64,000 nt of DNA from Anthoceros angustus (Eukaryota; Plantae; Anthocerotophyta), in NCBI GenBank assembly GCA_010909165.1, contig MU008155.1, positions 2,046,001 through 2,110,000 on the forward strand. Reading direction: 5' to 3'. Position 1 is the first letter of the stretch, and each line of letters opens with the position of its first letter. Below are positions 45,101 to 58,900 of the stretch, in pieces. Below the pieces are notes generated by a model, which was not told the origin of the DNA, made no database searches, and saw only the letters and a program-made list of their open reading frames with translations. Made by a program: the position numbers and the translations under genes.

Positions 45101-46950
45101 ATCATAGATAGCGACTTGTTGTGTAGGTCCAAGCGTTGAAGTCCCCAACGAGAAGAATATCGCAATAGGGAAAACTCGGAGATGGACTCGAGAGATCCGC
45201 ATATGGATTACCGAGCATATTTGGAGGACCTTGGAGGGAAATGTGACGCCAACATATAAGTCACGGTGAGAAAGAAAGAGCGTGACAATTGAACCCGGAG
45301 GATGAGCTAAGCTCGTCATGACGAATAAGGAGATAAAAGGAGTCAAGGACTCCAAAATAACAGCAATACCCAAAGCCTTGGGAGAGTTCGGAGACATGGT
45401 GTCTAAAGGTAGAAAACATGAATATCCGGAGAACGGCCTAAGGGGCGGGTATGATGCTCATGAGTCTCGATAGAAACACAATATCCCGGCAATCCCGGCC
45501 CGTGAGGAGATCAAGCATTCCGCCAGGGTGTAGATTGATAGATCCGTTGCAATTCCAAGAAGCCTGGCGGAGGATGCCGTCACGGGCCCCGCATCCCTAC
45601 GGGACATGCGCGGCAGTCTTGGGTGAACTCCCGTATAACTAGGTCGTCATCAATGAAATAAGCCACCATACCCTCTGATTTTGCCTTCTTACAGTCAAGC
45701 AACAATTGCTTCTTGCGTTCCCATTGGAGAGGAGTAAGGTCAGGGTTGACAAATATATCTTGGCCTTTCAAGTTTGTGCGTGCACGTAACACATAACGTC
45801 CTCAAGAGTAAAAACGCACAATATAAGTGGGGATCGAGAATGGTCCTTACCCACTCTCCAAGCGTGTTGGAACCGAACATCGACCTTGATAACATCAAAA
45901 ACCCCTTACAGACTTTCGGAGTAGTTCCCGATATCCCATGTACGGAGGTTTCGAGATCGCTTATCGCGATCGCGGGACTCAAATGGTAGCGATATGATGG
46001 CGAGTTCGTCGCGGCCGTGGCGGCAAAAGATCGGGTCGTGGGGCGGGGCCTATCACGCAATTCTTGAATAACCTCATCATTCTTGGACATGCCAAGACGG
46101 ATAGAAGTTAATTTGTCTTCAACAATAATTTCAACCTTCTCCAAAAGGCCGTAGGTCAAACGTGGTAGCCGGAGTAGAGTGTGGAATTGGTCAGCTCAGC
46201 GTGCTTAGAGATCATATTAACTGCTCGAAATCTTCCCTGTGAGCTCCTTAAGAGATGTCGAAGATCGACATCTTTGGCGGTCATATCCATGCGGAAAGTG
46301 TCTAGAGAAGTCTGCAATAAGGTGTTCCCATTCTGAAGGCTCAAAACATCAGCTTGTGTTTGCCGTAATTCATTGAGGAGGGAATCATTGGGTACATGCG
46401 GAGGCCTCAAACCTATCGAGATAGATCCGAGTGCTTGGCGGAGAAATCTTGAGTCTAGCCTCCAAGATAGTAATGGACTCCATGAAAAGTATTTGTCCTC
46501 CAAAGCGAGTCACGCCTCAAGACTATGAACCACGGAAACGGATCGCCATGTCACATTGCACCTTAGATTCAAGAGAGGACGCTTTAAGGCCATCCATTGG
46601 AGCCATTACCGCTTGCCAAAATAAAGTAGTAGAACAACGAGAGTTAAGCGCCATAGCGAGGTTGCCCAATTACGGACCCTTGGGTGAGCGGGAGCCTGAC
46701 CGCGACTGACGAGCCCCAATGAAAAAACCCCCTGTCGTGGGACCTAAAAAGCCCGGGCCACACCGCACCACCCTCGTGAGGAAGTCCCAGATTCTGCGGC
46801 CGCAGGCGCACTGGCAGAAGGCCCCAAGCCCAGAACCTCCACTTGCCTTCAAGCTCCCAGCGTGGCGAACACACTCCGCACCCTCACGTCGCTCACGCAC
46901 CTCGATGCGCTCACGCATCTGCTCATGCTCCATCTCCCGTCTCCTTTCTG
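42125..46950 (-). mobile_element. Degenerate LINE (ORF1 + APE + RT), RTEX-like; 5' limit approximate
   Basis: The 3' end is AATAAA followed by (GTT)n (42125-42150). RT motifs: YRFITVESIYAKIF, CFVDFKRAFNSVP, PLSPNLFGLYIDELE, LLYADDIVLL, VNLRKTKIMRF. APE-like DYVIG..DHA. ORF1 pieces: a coiled coil and LRARTNLKGQDIFVNPDLTP. Confidence 0.85.
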
Positions 46951-46980
46951 GTACCATGGTTTGGTGAAATATGCATAAAT

Positions 46981-49900
46981 ACTAGTAAAAGAGCTTAGCC
47001 TTTATAAAGAGGGAACACAACACCTCCCATACAATATGGGTTATATGCACTAGGCACACTAGAAACTAGCACACAAACACAAGAACACACCACTGCCCAC
47101 AAGTAGGTGGGCTTGGCCTTATATAGTCCTAGCCTTGGATCCCCTATTGGTCACTTGACCTTGAATCCTATTGGTTACTTGACCTTGCCCTTTACTTTTG
47201 GACTTTCTAGAAGATACTTTCTAGAAGATGCATGACTTTCAAGTTTGTTATTTTAGGGCACTCTTCATAACCTGCTTTTAGGGCACTCTTCATAACATAT
47301 TTTGATATGTTGTAATAAATCACTTCTAACACTCCCCTCAACATATCAAAATTATTCCCTTAGGCCTAGCATCTTGCTAAACCTAGCATGTTTTCTAAAG
47401 TCAAGGCTTTGGTCAAAATATCTGCGGCATGTCTCTGTTGGACAATACTCTAGCTTTACCTCTTTTGACTTTACCTTCTCTCTTATAAAGTGATGTTTCA
47501 CTTGATGTGCTTGGTTCTAGCATGAAAAGTTGCATTCTTGGCTAAGAAGATGCAACCTTGATTGTCGTTGAAGATTGTTGTTGCTTCCTTCCTTGAATCC
47601 CATCTCCTCTAGTTCATACCATATCCTCCATGACCGAGCATGTTGCCATATATTCCTGTAGAGGATAGAGCCACGATGGGTTGTCTCCTACTATTCCATG
47701 AAATGGCTCCCCATTCAGCATAAGCGCATATCCGTAGACTTGCGACTATCAACATCTCCCCCGGTCACAATCCACACCACTCGGACTTCCTCACGATGCT
47801 CCCTGATACACCAAATTCCAATGCTTTGTACCACTCAAGTACCTCATTATCCTCTTCACGGCTATGTTGTCGGTTAGCCATAAATTGACTTGCAACTCCA
47901 CGCCTCTGCAATGTCGGGGCCTTGTCCTGTAGATAAATAGGTGAGGCATCCAACGGCACCGATAGAGAGTTTTATCTACCTTCTCCTTCTCTTCTTGATT
48001 GACTCATCTCCTTTGAGAGCTTCTCATTAAGCACCATTGGTGTCTTCGCTTGCACTCTTGCATTCCAAAGCGCTTGGGACATTCTCAACATATGTCCTTT
48101 GGCTCAAAGAGATCTTCTTGTTAGTCTGTCTCTCATTACTTCTATCCTAGAAAGTAATGAAGTTCACCTAGATCCCTCATATCAAAACTATCATTAAGAC
48201 TCTTCTTTACTCTAAGAGCTCCAAATCATTGCAAACAAGGATTAGATCATCCACATAGACGGCAATGATCATCATGGACTCTCCCACTCTCTTCACATAG
48301 ATGTTCCAATCTCCATTGGTTTTCTTGAAACCTCTAGCTTGGAAGAACTTGTCAATCTTAACATACCGGGTAAGTGCAGTTAAGACCATAGCCTTTAGCA
48401 ATTTACATACCTCACTTTCGCCGGCACTTCATACCCCTTGGTTGGTTCATGTAGATCTCTTCTTCCAAATCTCCATTGAGAAGCAGTTTGGACATCCATG
48501 TGATGTATCTCCGGATCCATGGTAGGTATATTGCTAAGAGTATACGAATGGATGTTATCTTAGCAGGGGAGAAAGTGTCGGTGTAGTCAACACGGCACTC
48601 CCTTCCTTCCACCAGCCTTGCTTTGTATCGCTCTATGCTCCCATCGGCGGTGCTTGATCTTGAACACCCATTTGGATCACTTCCTTCCTTGGGGTAGAGG
48701 AGTGATTTCCCAAGTCTTGTTCTTGATAAGTGAGTTATACTCACTATCAACTTCTTTCCACTCGCCTTTGGCCTTCCAAGGCTTCCTTCAAGCTTTCGGC
48801 TCATCGTCTGCCAACATAGCCTCTCTTCGTGCACATTCATGGACTCCAAAATTTTACGAAGGTTTCCATCGCCTTGATGATCTCGATGCGTCTCGGCTCC
48901 TCTTGGATTCTTGATCTCGCTCCTCTTCATCATCCTCGATATCCGGGCTTCTCACCTTCTATATCACCTTGTGGTAGAGGTTGCTCATGCTCGAGAGCAG
49001 GTTGAGCATGCTCAGAGTAGGTTGCTCAAGAACCAAGTCTTGTGCTTCTTCACTTCCTTCCTTGATGACAACTTGCGTTGCTCCTCCTTTGTTAGGTTCC
49101 ACAACCTCATGAAAACAACATCCTCGAAAATGATTTTCTTGGTTGTAGGGTTGTATAATCTATACCCCTTTACCCAAGCATGATGCCTTGGATGCCTTTA
49201 GGATCCCACTTGGTTCGGTTTTGCTTTGGAACATGAGCATAAACCTCGAACCAAAGATCCTAAAATGACTCCGTTAGGTTTGACACGGACCATGCCTCCT
49301 CTCATTCCAGTTACTTGGTTGGAACTCTATTCAAAACATGAGTTGTGTACCTCTCCCAAAAGCGTACCTCCAACCCACTTTGATGGAGCATGCTTGGCCG
49401 CCTCCACTGGCTCCGCTTGCGCTCCATCCATTTTGCTCCGGTGTGTGAGGAATTAGTTGCCTCAGAATGCCATGCTCCTTGCAAAAGCTTTTGAATTGAG
49501 AAGAGATGTATTCTCCTCCATTGTCACTCCTCGAGTCTTGAGGCATTCTGGACCTTCTCCTTCTTGGTATGTCCAACTCCTCCTTGTGAAGTCATCCACA
49601 AACACTAGAATGTAGCGGGCTCCTCCGTGGGTAGGGTTCTTCATTGGTGTGTGTACAAGTTCAACGCCTTTTCTTGCGCTCCTCAATCCTTGGGAACTTG
49701 GTTGGTGAAGCTTTCCCATTATGCACCCCCTTACTGTCACCAATCTCAAATCCAAGCGGTCACCATTTGTTGATTCTTCATCATCTTGATGTTGTCCACT
49801 CAGTGTGCTAGCGTTGATGCCACAAATCTATTGACCCGGTGCTCTTAGGCTTGACACAAATGTGCAAGCTTGTTGATCACCTATGGAAGCACACAACTTA

Positions 49901-51766
49901 TAGAGATTGCCTTCCGAACACCTCGAGCTATCACCTTGACATTAGGTGATTACGGTTGCTCGGGTTGGATCGACATCCTCGAGTTGAACACAATCTCATT
50001 CCGGTCGATTGATTCTTGCTGAAAGAAGATTCTTGCAAGACCGGGCACATGGTGTACATCCTTGATTGTACCTTTGGATGGTCCTCCAGAGTTGAACTTT
50101 AATCACACCTCTTCCTTGATCTCGTGTGACCTATTGTCTCCAAGCGCCACTTTATGCCCGTTTCTTCATAACTTGAGAACCAAGGCGGTTGTAGGTGAAG
50201 TGTTGAGATGCTCCAGTCGGTACAAACTCTCATCCTTCTTTGATGGGCGTACTCTTTCTACGGTTGAGACAATGAAAAGATGTTCTTCCTTCTCACTCAC
50301 TTGATTGCTTGTGACTCCTTTCCTTCTTCTTCAAGTCGACCAACCTTGTCCTACAATCCTTGGCATAGTGATTAGGCTTTTGCAATAATGGCAAGTACCC
50401 CACACCTTTTCTTCGCACCTTTTCTCCTTGATCCTTCTTGAGTTGGCTTGTGAAGTCTTCCACGTGTTGTTCCCTTCTTTGAGAAGAGCACCGTCTCCAT
50501 TCTCTTCTTTCTTGAAGGAATTCTCCAGCTCCTCTTGTAGCAACCCAACCACCTCATCCAACGTTGGTGGTTGGTGCAGGCCCTTGTCGCTAGCGTTCTA
50601 AAGGCCAACACAAATTGCTTGTATGCGGATGGTAAGCTACTCGGCAACACCACGATAACCTTTCTTTCGAAGGTTTGGCGTCCCGCCTTCATTTGATCCA
50701 CCAAGTTCTTCAACTTGGCGTGTTGTTGAATGGTGTCACCTCGACCATCTTGAAGTTGGCGGTGTTGCTCCAACAACATCTCATTCACCAAGCTCTTCTT
50801 CTCATCGTGTTGGAGGGTCGTCACGCCGCTTTTGATGTTGCACACTCACTCAATTGAGAGAGTATGTCATCGGACACATTGAGGAGAATCGTCGCCCGCT
50901 CGTCCATCTTTCTCAATTGTCCATCTTTTGGTGGGTGTTTCTCGAGGCCATTGTCGACAAACTTCCATAGTCCTCTCCGCTTCAGTCTTCTCTGAGAAGG
51001 TATCTGACATTGTCGACACTTTCTGAAGCATCTTGCTTCAACACAATGTGAAGTTTGTGCCTCAAACTTCTCCACTAGGCGTGTCTCCATGCTTGTTGAC
51101 GCCATGCCTAGTTTCCTACAATTGATCTTGAAGACCAAAGCACCTCACTCACATGCATCTTCAGCAACTTACTGATGTGCCTCAAACTTCTCACTAGGCG
51201 TCTCCATGCTTGTTGACGCCATGCTAGTTTCCTACAATTGATCTTGAAGACCAAAGCACCTCTCTAAGATTAGTATCAAGACCTTTCCAATCGCACAAGT
51301 TCTCACAAGCTCTAGGCTAAGAACTATGCAATAGGACTTGACTCAAGTATCAATGCAAGGAGCATTCTACAAGGCTCTTGAACATGGCTCGATACCATGT
51401 TAGGAAAAGAGCTGAGCCTTTATAGAGAGGAACACAACACTCCCATACAATATGGGTTATATGCACTAGGCACACTAGATACTAGCACACAAGCACACAA
51501 GAACACACACACCACACACCTTACAAGTAGGTGGGCTTGGCCTTATATAGTCCTAGCCTTGATCCTACTGGTCACTTGACCTTGAATCCTATTGGTTACT
51601 TGACCTTGCCCTTTACTTTTGGACTTTCTAGAAGATACTTTCTAGAAGATACTTTCTAGAAGATGCATGACTTTCAAGTATGTTATTTTGGGGCACTCTT
51701 CATAACCTGCTTTTAGGGCACTCTTCATAACATATTTTGATATGTTGTAATAAATCACTTCTAACA
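46981..51766 (-). mobile_element. Ty1/Copia retrotransposon with two LTRs of about 350-370 bp, heavily frameshifted
   Basis: LTRs at about 46981-47331 and 51398-51766, with near-identical cores. PBS TGGTATC-GAGCC next to 51397, PPT at 47332-47339. Motifs [30 protein letters not shown]. The left LTR end is eroded and no TSD was found. Confidence 0.9.
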
Positions 51767-52529
51767 GCCGCAAGATGCGCACTTGCCCCATTTGATACGC
51801 AGGGTGCTTGCGCAACTGCCCCATTTAATATTTTCTAAAGGTTTGCTATGCTGGTTGTGTGACTTTCTGCCACAGAGGCAAGAAAACCGCGGACGGACTG
51901 AACACTGTCGTACAAGAGCTATCACATTCTTTGGGGAAATCCCAAAGTGGACTGACTGACTGACTCACTCGGCCTCTCTCCTTCAGGACAGCATTCCATA
52001 GCAGGGTCCTCCCACCAAGCATGCGTCGGGTCATCTGTCCTTCATTTCACGCGGTAACGTAGTACACACGCGATTACGTGGTTCACGCGGTGACGTACAT
52101 CAGTCACCACATCCTTTTCGACCAATTCTAGCACCCACAACAACGTCTTGTCCATACTCTGGCTTCCTCAATCGACTCTGTTTCTGCGTTTCCCACAGGA
52201 GAGGTTTAGGGTGCCTGGAGGGGATCAGCGTCCCTCGCCCACTCGTATGTGACGACGTTTCCCTTCTCCAACGCGGAGTGTCCTTGCAAGTGACTCATAT
52301 GTATGGGCGGGATGGAGGTTTCGCTGCCCTTTCTTCTTTTCAGCCTGCTGTATGTGCATGTCAGTGTCCGCTTTGGAGCAGCATCCCATCTTCAGCCATT
52401 CCATCGGAATCCCACCCACGTTACACATGTGGGCCTTGCTCCCACTCCTCCTGTTGCACTAGTGCTGTAACTAGTTCTGCTCGCCACACCACCCTGCAGG
52501 AATCACCAGCGAAGGAGGCACTAGCACCC

Positions 52530-54621
52530 TGAGCTTTCCCTCCGCCACTCCATTTTGCTCCGGTGTGTGAGGAATTGTTAGTTGCCTCGAATGCCATGCT
52601 CCTTGCAAAAGCTTTTGAATTGAGAAGAGATGTATTCTCCTCCATTGTCACTCCTAAGTGTCTTGAGGCATTCTCCACTTTCGTTCTCCACCAAGGCTTT
52701 CCACTCCTTGAATGTCTTGAACACTTGGACTTCTCCTTCAAAAGGTATGTCCAACTCCTCCTTGTGAAGTCATCCACAACACTAGAATGTAGCGGGCTCC
52801 TCCATGGGTAGGGTTCTTCATTGGTCCACACATCGGTGTGTACAAGTTCAACGCCTTCTTGCTCCGCTCAATCCTTGGGAACTTGGTTGGTGAAGCTTTC
52901 CCATCATGCACCCTTAGCACAATCCCGGCTCACCAATCTCTTTCAAATCCAAGCCGGTCACCATTTGTTGATTCTTCATCATCTTGATGTTGTCCACTCC
53001 AGTGTGCCCCAAGCCACAAATCTATTGAGTGCTTCTTATCTTGACACAAATGTGCAAGCTTGTTGATCACCTACGGAAGCACACAACTTGAGATTGCCTT
53101 CCCGAACACCTCGAGCTATCACCTTGACATTAGGTGATTACGGTTGCTCGGGTTGGATCATCCTCGAGTTGAACACAATCTCATTCGGTCGATGATTCTT
53201 GCTTGAAAGAAGATTCTTAAGACCGGCACATGGTGTACATCCTTGATTGTACCTTTGGATGGTCCTCCGGGGTTGAACTTTAATCACACCTCTTCCTTTG
53301 ATCGTGTGACCTATTGTCTCCAAGCGCCACTTTATGCCCGTGCATTTCTTCATAGCTTGAGAACCAAGGCATTGTAGGTGAAGTGTTGAGATGCTCCAGT
53401 CGAGGTACAAACTCTCATCCTTCTTTGATGGGGTTGTACTCTTTCTTTGAGGCGAAAAGATGTTCTTCCTTCTCACTCACTTGATTGGCTTGTGACTCCC
53501 CTTCTTCTTCAAGTCAACCTTGTCCTACAATCCTTGGCATAGTGATTAGGCTTTTGCAATAATGGCAAGTACCCCACACCTTTTTCTTCGCACCTTTCTC
53601 CTTGATCCTTCTTCAGAGTTGGCTTGTGAAGTCTTCCCACGTGTTGTTCCCTTCTTTGAGAAGAGCACCGAGTCTCCATTCTCTTCTTTCTTGAAGGAAT
53701 TCTCCAGCTCCTCTTGTAGGAGCAACCCAACCACCTCATCCAACGTTGGTGGTTGGTCGCTTGGACGCATCGCTACCGCCGTTCTGAAGGCCAACACAAA
53801 TTGCTTGCGGATGGTAAGCTACTCAACACCACGATAACCTTTCTTTCGGAAGGTTTGGCGTCCGCCGCCTTCATTTGATCCACCAAGTTCTTCAACTTGT
53901 TGACGTGTTGTTGAATGGTGTCACCTCGACCATCTTGAAGTTGGCGGTGTTGCTCCAACAACTCATTCACCAAGCTCTTCTTCTCATGTGTTGCGGAGTC
54001 GTCCACGCCGCTTTTGATGTTGCACTCACTCAATTGAGAGAGTATGTCATCGGACACATTGAGGAGAATCGGCAATCGTCCATCTTGTCCACTTGTGGGT
54101 GTTTCTCACGAGGCCATTGTCGACAAACTTCCATAGTCCTCGATGGGAAGCATCTTCAAACTCAACTTCACAATGTGAAGTTCGTGCCTCCAAACTTCTC
54201 CACTAGACGTGTCTCCATGCTTGGCGCCTACTGGTTTCTAATTGATCTTGAAGACCAAAGCACCTCACTCCATGCACTTACCAAGATGAGTATCCAGGCG
54301 ACCTTTCCAATTGCACACAAGTTCTCACAAGCCTAGGAGAACAGGCTCTGGCTTTCATTGCACAAGACTGCTCAGCTGCAAGCTCAGCATTAAGAATCAA
54401 CCTTCCATGTGCACACAGGGGCTATAACGCCGCTCTGGAAGGGGCTTGTGTATATGGGAACACTGGCCTTTGGATCCTCGGTCACTTGACCTTGATATCC
54501 ACAGTGGTTTATAGTCCTAGCCTTGCCCTTTTGGACTTTCTAGAATGCTTTAGAAGATGCATGACTTGAAGCACTCTTGGCCCAACATATTTTGATATGT
54601 TGTAATAAATCACTTCTAACA
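52530..54621 (-). mobile_element. Truncated copy (5' LTR, gag, start of integrase) of the same Copia family
   Basis: Collinear with 49430-51766, with the same LTR end ...AATAAATCACTTCTAACA (54621). It breaks off at the PEQNG integrase motif near 52540. Confidence 0.85.
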
Positions 54622-54623
54622 TA

Positions 54624-54850
54624 AAGTGGGGTAGCTTGGAAGACGCTTAAACAGTGAGCGACGGACCTGGTCAAAAAGAGGTTGTGACATGGAACGTCAT
54701 GTTAGCAAGGATTCACAGCAGGGCATGGGCCAGAAAGCCCTTTCTTTGTACAATGCTATGTATGCAAGAAGGAGGCAATGGTATCCCCGATTCCTATCAC
54801 AATTGTATGCCACCTGCAGGCATGTGCAAGTCTTGGAGTAGGGGGAATAT
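54624..54850 (+). pseudogene. PLS-class PPR gene fragment
   Basis: Across frameshifts: KWGSLEDA, EVVTWNVMLA, QQGMGQKALSLYNAM, IPDS and RACASLG. These match the KCGSLEDA / VVTWNAM / EALxLF / PDxxTF..L.AC consensus. Confidence 0.7.
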
Positions 54851-55043
54851 AGAAAAATCAGTAGAGATCGTGAGTGTCGGATGGAAGAGGAGGGTGTTGG
54901 AAAGAATTGTTATCAAGAGAAGGTCACGTGCCTTATCTGATGTCAATGATGAAGAGGTGTGACTCAGTGAAGGGTGTGTGGTCTTAACACCTTGCGGCCC
55001 TAACGAAGGTGGCTAACAGCAAGTATGTATATATGTTCTAATA

Positions 55044-55620
55044 CTCCCCCTCGGATAAAGGGTGTTAGGGTAACGGATATCCGCTGGTAGCCGAGGAAGA
55101 AAAGTCCTTAGCGCGCAGCAGGTTTGCGGGCTTCACGTCTATATGGTCAGGACATCGACTTCCTTAAATAGGTGTCTCTCCCTCGGACGCAGCATGTTAA
55201 GAGAATGGTTATTGGTTTCCGTCGTCGGTTGCCGAAGGAGTGAAGTCTTGAACAAAGTCCTGATCAAACCATAGGCTCTCGATCTCCAGCTTCTCCTTAA
55301 GTGTGTATCTCCCCCTCAAGTCGATGGCCAGGATGAGGAGGGTCACAGGGGTGGCGAGCTCTGGCCACTTAACTTGCAGAGGTGCTTGCTTTTATGCTAC
55401 CTCCCCCCAGGTGCCGACTGCATAATCCGCCTCCGGTTCCAAATGGGAGCCAATCGAAGGCTGGAACAGACGAGGCGAGGCCAGTAGACAACAACACGAT
55501 AATATTCATTCCGGCGGAATAAACATCAAGCGGCTTTTGACGTGAATATACGCAGAACCGGGTTTTTGATGGACATTGAAATGCCATATTTGAGCATACC
55601 TGCAGAAGAAGGTACACAAT
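55044..55620 (-). mobile_element. Ty3/Gypsy (chromovirus-like) integrase C-terminus, chromodomain relic and PPT
   Basis: Degenerate FIGPF and GEVA*K motifs, YLRK..PDHIDVKPANLLRAKDF (chromodomain-like), and minus-strand PPT GAGGGGGAG at 55044-55052. Confidence 0.5.
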
Positions 55621-55999
55621 TTGGGTGTCGTAGAGAAATTTATATCTTTTAGCGGCCCACAGTGGTAGACGAAGGGTTCATCCTATAGAACGACCATTGT
55701 TTTCGATGGAAATGATGCCCATGTTGTTAGTCCATGCGATTTGTTAAACAACATGGTTCTTCGTCTGCCTATGCCACTAACTGTCTCAGCTTCTGTTGAG
55801 TTTGCTCCATAATGCAAACTATCTCAAAAGCTAACCGAGCTCAAATGCTGTATCATACTTGCACATGCCCGTTTTAATGAAATCCAATTGTTTTCTTTTG
55901 CCATCTCCATTATGTCTTACATATTGGTGCCACCAATCGATCAGGATACGGTCGGCGTTGTACTGTAAATGAGGGTATGAAGCCCTAAACATACCATAA

Positions 56000-58900
56000 G
56001 TGACACTTGGCCGCATGGCGCCAATCCTCTGTCATACGTGCCTTGGCGGCATCACCCGTGCCAAGATTCACGGTCTTTGGCAATGGACTGACGCCTCGGA
56101 CAGACACCCTCCTTCTGGAAACTACACGAGCAACTGTAATGGCTTCTACCGGGTGCTCAACGTCGGTGGACACCTACATGATAATCTTGGAGAGTTATTC
56201 TGGTACTTCCTGTAAACCCCCTTCACAAAAAAAGACACCGTTCGAAATGCAAAATCGTCGAATCCTCCGTTAGCACCATGCTAAATACGAAGGGGAAAAA
56301 ACATTGATATTTCACAATTCATAAAACAGAGGCTTCTGGCCGGCGGTGGCTGCCAGTATCCTTGGCTATGCTTTGACACAAGTAATGAAAGAAAATCCGA
56401 TATCAACATTTCAAAACCCCTCTTAGTCCCTCGAATATAGTCTTTCCTCTACAAAGATCCCTCGAGGGTGATAGACTCATCTGCGCTTGGGTGGCTTCAA
56501 TCTAAAACAAGCGCCATGTGCGCATGCGTTCAATTCTACTACATCGCCAGCTCGGTCTGCCGGGGCCTTCGCCATCATCTTCTGCGTTGTCGCCGTCCTT
56601 ATCGCCACCACTCCCGGTGGCACATTATCGGTTTGTTGTCCTTCCTCTAGCAAGTCCCCTGTTTGCGTTTTCATCCTTCTTGCACTAAGTGGAACCACGA
56701 GCTTTCGAACAATTTTTTCGCTAATACAAACTTCTTTAGCCCCGGTGTCTTTGCTCCTCTCGGGCCTCGAATGTGAGCTCCTCTTTCCGATCTGGCAAAA
56801 CCTCGAAACCATGTATGCGTTGTGGGATATAACCACGGAGGTCGACCTCTATTGCAATAGAATTGCGTCCGAGCAATCTTGCCGGTTGTTGTCCCACTTC
56901 TGCGCAACCATCCAGAATCAATCTCCTTCTTTGAGAATGTTTTGATGAATTTCATCATCAACCCGAGAGGTCTTTGGTAGGCACACCACCATTTTGTCTT
57001 GAGACATGTACACCTTCTTCACCATGTCATGTGCAATCACGGATCGTCCATTGTTAAAAGTCCCTGCGTAATATTGGGCGTCATAGCCGTGCCTTGTGCC
57101 TTCCTTCACACACCAAGCAAGCTATGTACTCCGTCTCAAATCCACCTGTCATTACTCATGTTTGTTTTGTCCCAAAGCGAAGGACACCATTCCACCCTTG
57201 CCACATAATCCACGCATGCACTCTCTCACAAGGTGAGCTTCTTCCACTCCGTGCATGATGAGCTGAATTCTTCCGTCGTCTTCTCACGGAAGCTTTGGAA
57301 AGCTGTGTTCATCATGCACCGCATCGACTATCCATAGGACCAATGTCAAAGCCTCTTGGGACATCCATAACCTAAGGGTATAAGCCCTGACAAGGAATCC
57401 CGCATCTCCATAATGTTTCTTTTTCCACTTGATAGTAACACTCTTTCTCGGACCACAGCGGTGAACAAGTGCGGTCGTCTTTCAAATCCTTGTCGTGATT
57501 GCCGCTCATCCTCAAGACTCTTCCAGTTGTTAATCTCAAATATGAAGTTCTTGAAATCCTCCAGCTTTTGCAAATTCTCCACATCCTTCTTTGAGCGAGA
57601 AAGAAAAACGTTAGGCGAGGACACCACATTCCTATTGTATTCAAACAAGCGGTGGCGATGGCGAAGGAGGGTGTGAAAGCCGGCGGCCGGCGCCCTTCAC
57701 ACCCTCCCATCGGTTTGCAGGCACCATGCGGCGGGCGCGGCGGCCGGCGCCCGCGAGGCTAGCGGGCGAAGCCATACATGGGCGCGCCGGCCGGCGCCGT
57801 GACATGTGCAGCTGCGCATCCAGATAGTGGGGGGCGCGGCGGCGGCGCCCTCCCCACTATCGTGCCATTCTCGGACGTGGCGAGGGCGCCGCCAGCGGCT
57901 CGCGAATGCAAACGAAAAACCAAAGCGACTCATTGTCTGGTGACGGATCTCACCTTCCCAGCAAAAGCCGTTTGAAACCGAGCAATCATGTCGTCGTTGA
58001 GTGTAGAGGATATTCCTTCCTCACTTCCTCGAAGATGAGCACTCCGGATGTTTAGCCATGGCCACTTGAATAACATGCGGTTTCTTTCTTGAAGTAATTT
58101 CGTCCTCCATTCCTTTGAGATCGAGGATGCACACGATTACCTTCCACATTCGTGACAAGAATCTGCCCACATTCACCTTTGGTATACCCTGGAATGATTT
58201 CCGGGGTTTTTGAGCATGTCTTCGGCTTGAAATACACTGTTTCCACGTGTTTGGGATCATCTGTGACTTTCCTTTTCCCTTCCCTTTCTTCGGTGGTATG
58301 TATACCTTTCTGGTAACTCTTTGCTTCCCACTTTGAAAAGATCTTATCAATATTATCCCATACCTTGCCCTCCTGCGCGATGCAGTATGTGTGTCCTGTC
58401 CACTTTGTTCCTTGTACACGCGTCATCTTGGCGGCCTTCATCATCTTCAATTAATCCAAGAACCTTATAAAGATTGAACTTCCATGACATGGTCATCGCA
58501 CTCCATCCGCGCAATAAGAAGCTCATCTCGTAAATATCTTACTGTCAATAAAAGACATTTTCTTCCGCTTATCGACATTGTGTTATGGTCGGTTGCAAGA
58601 ACTCTCATCTCGGCACCGTAAGCCCACAGATATGCGCTTCAACATATTGAAAGCAGGACTTCCGGAGCAATATCCAAGTGCTTCATAGCGACATGTGTGG
58701 TTCCCCAAGTACACCCATAATATATTTCTTGGCCGAATTTACGCTCCAACTAATATCGTTGCACTCCCGGGGTCAATCATGCCGCGATGGCGTAACCCTT
58801 CTTCAATCCTTCCCTTGAAATAACTCGGGCTAGGTAGTTTGACCATGCCTCGTCCACCCTCGATTTGGGCATCCGGTGTAATAAAAGATCTTGGCTTCAA

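Noticed and set aside
46680-46695. GTGAGCGG as a LINE target-site duplication matching 42116-42123
   Set aside because: An 8-bp match with mismatching flanks is not distinguishable from chance.
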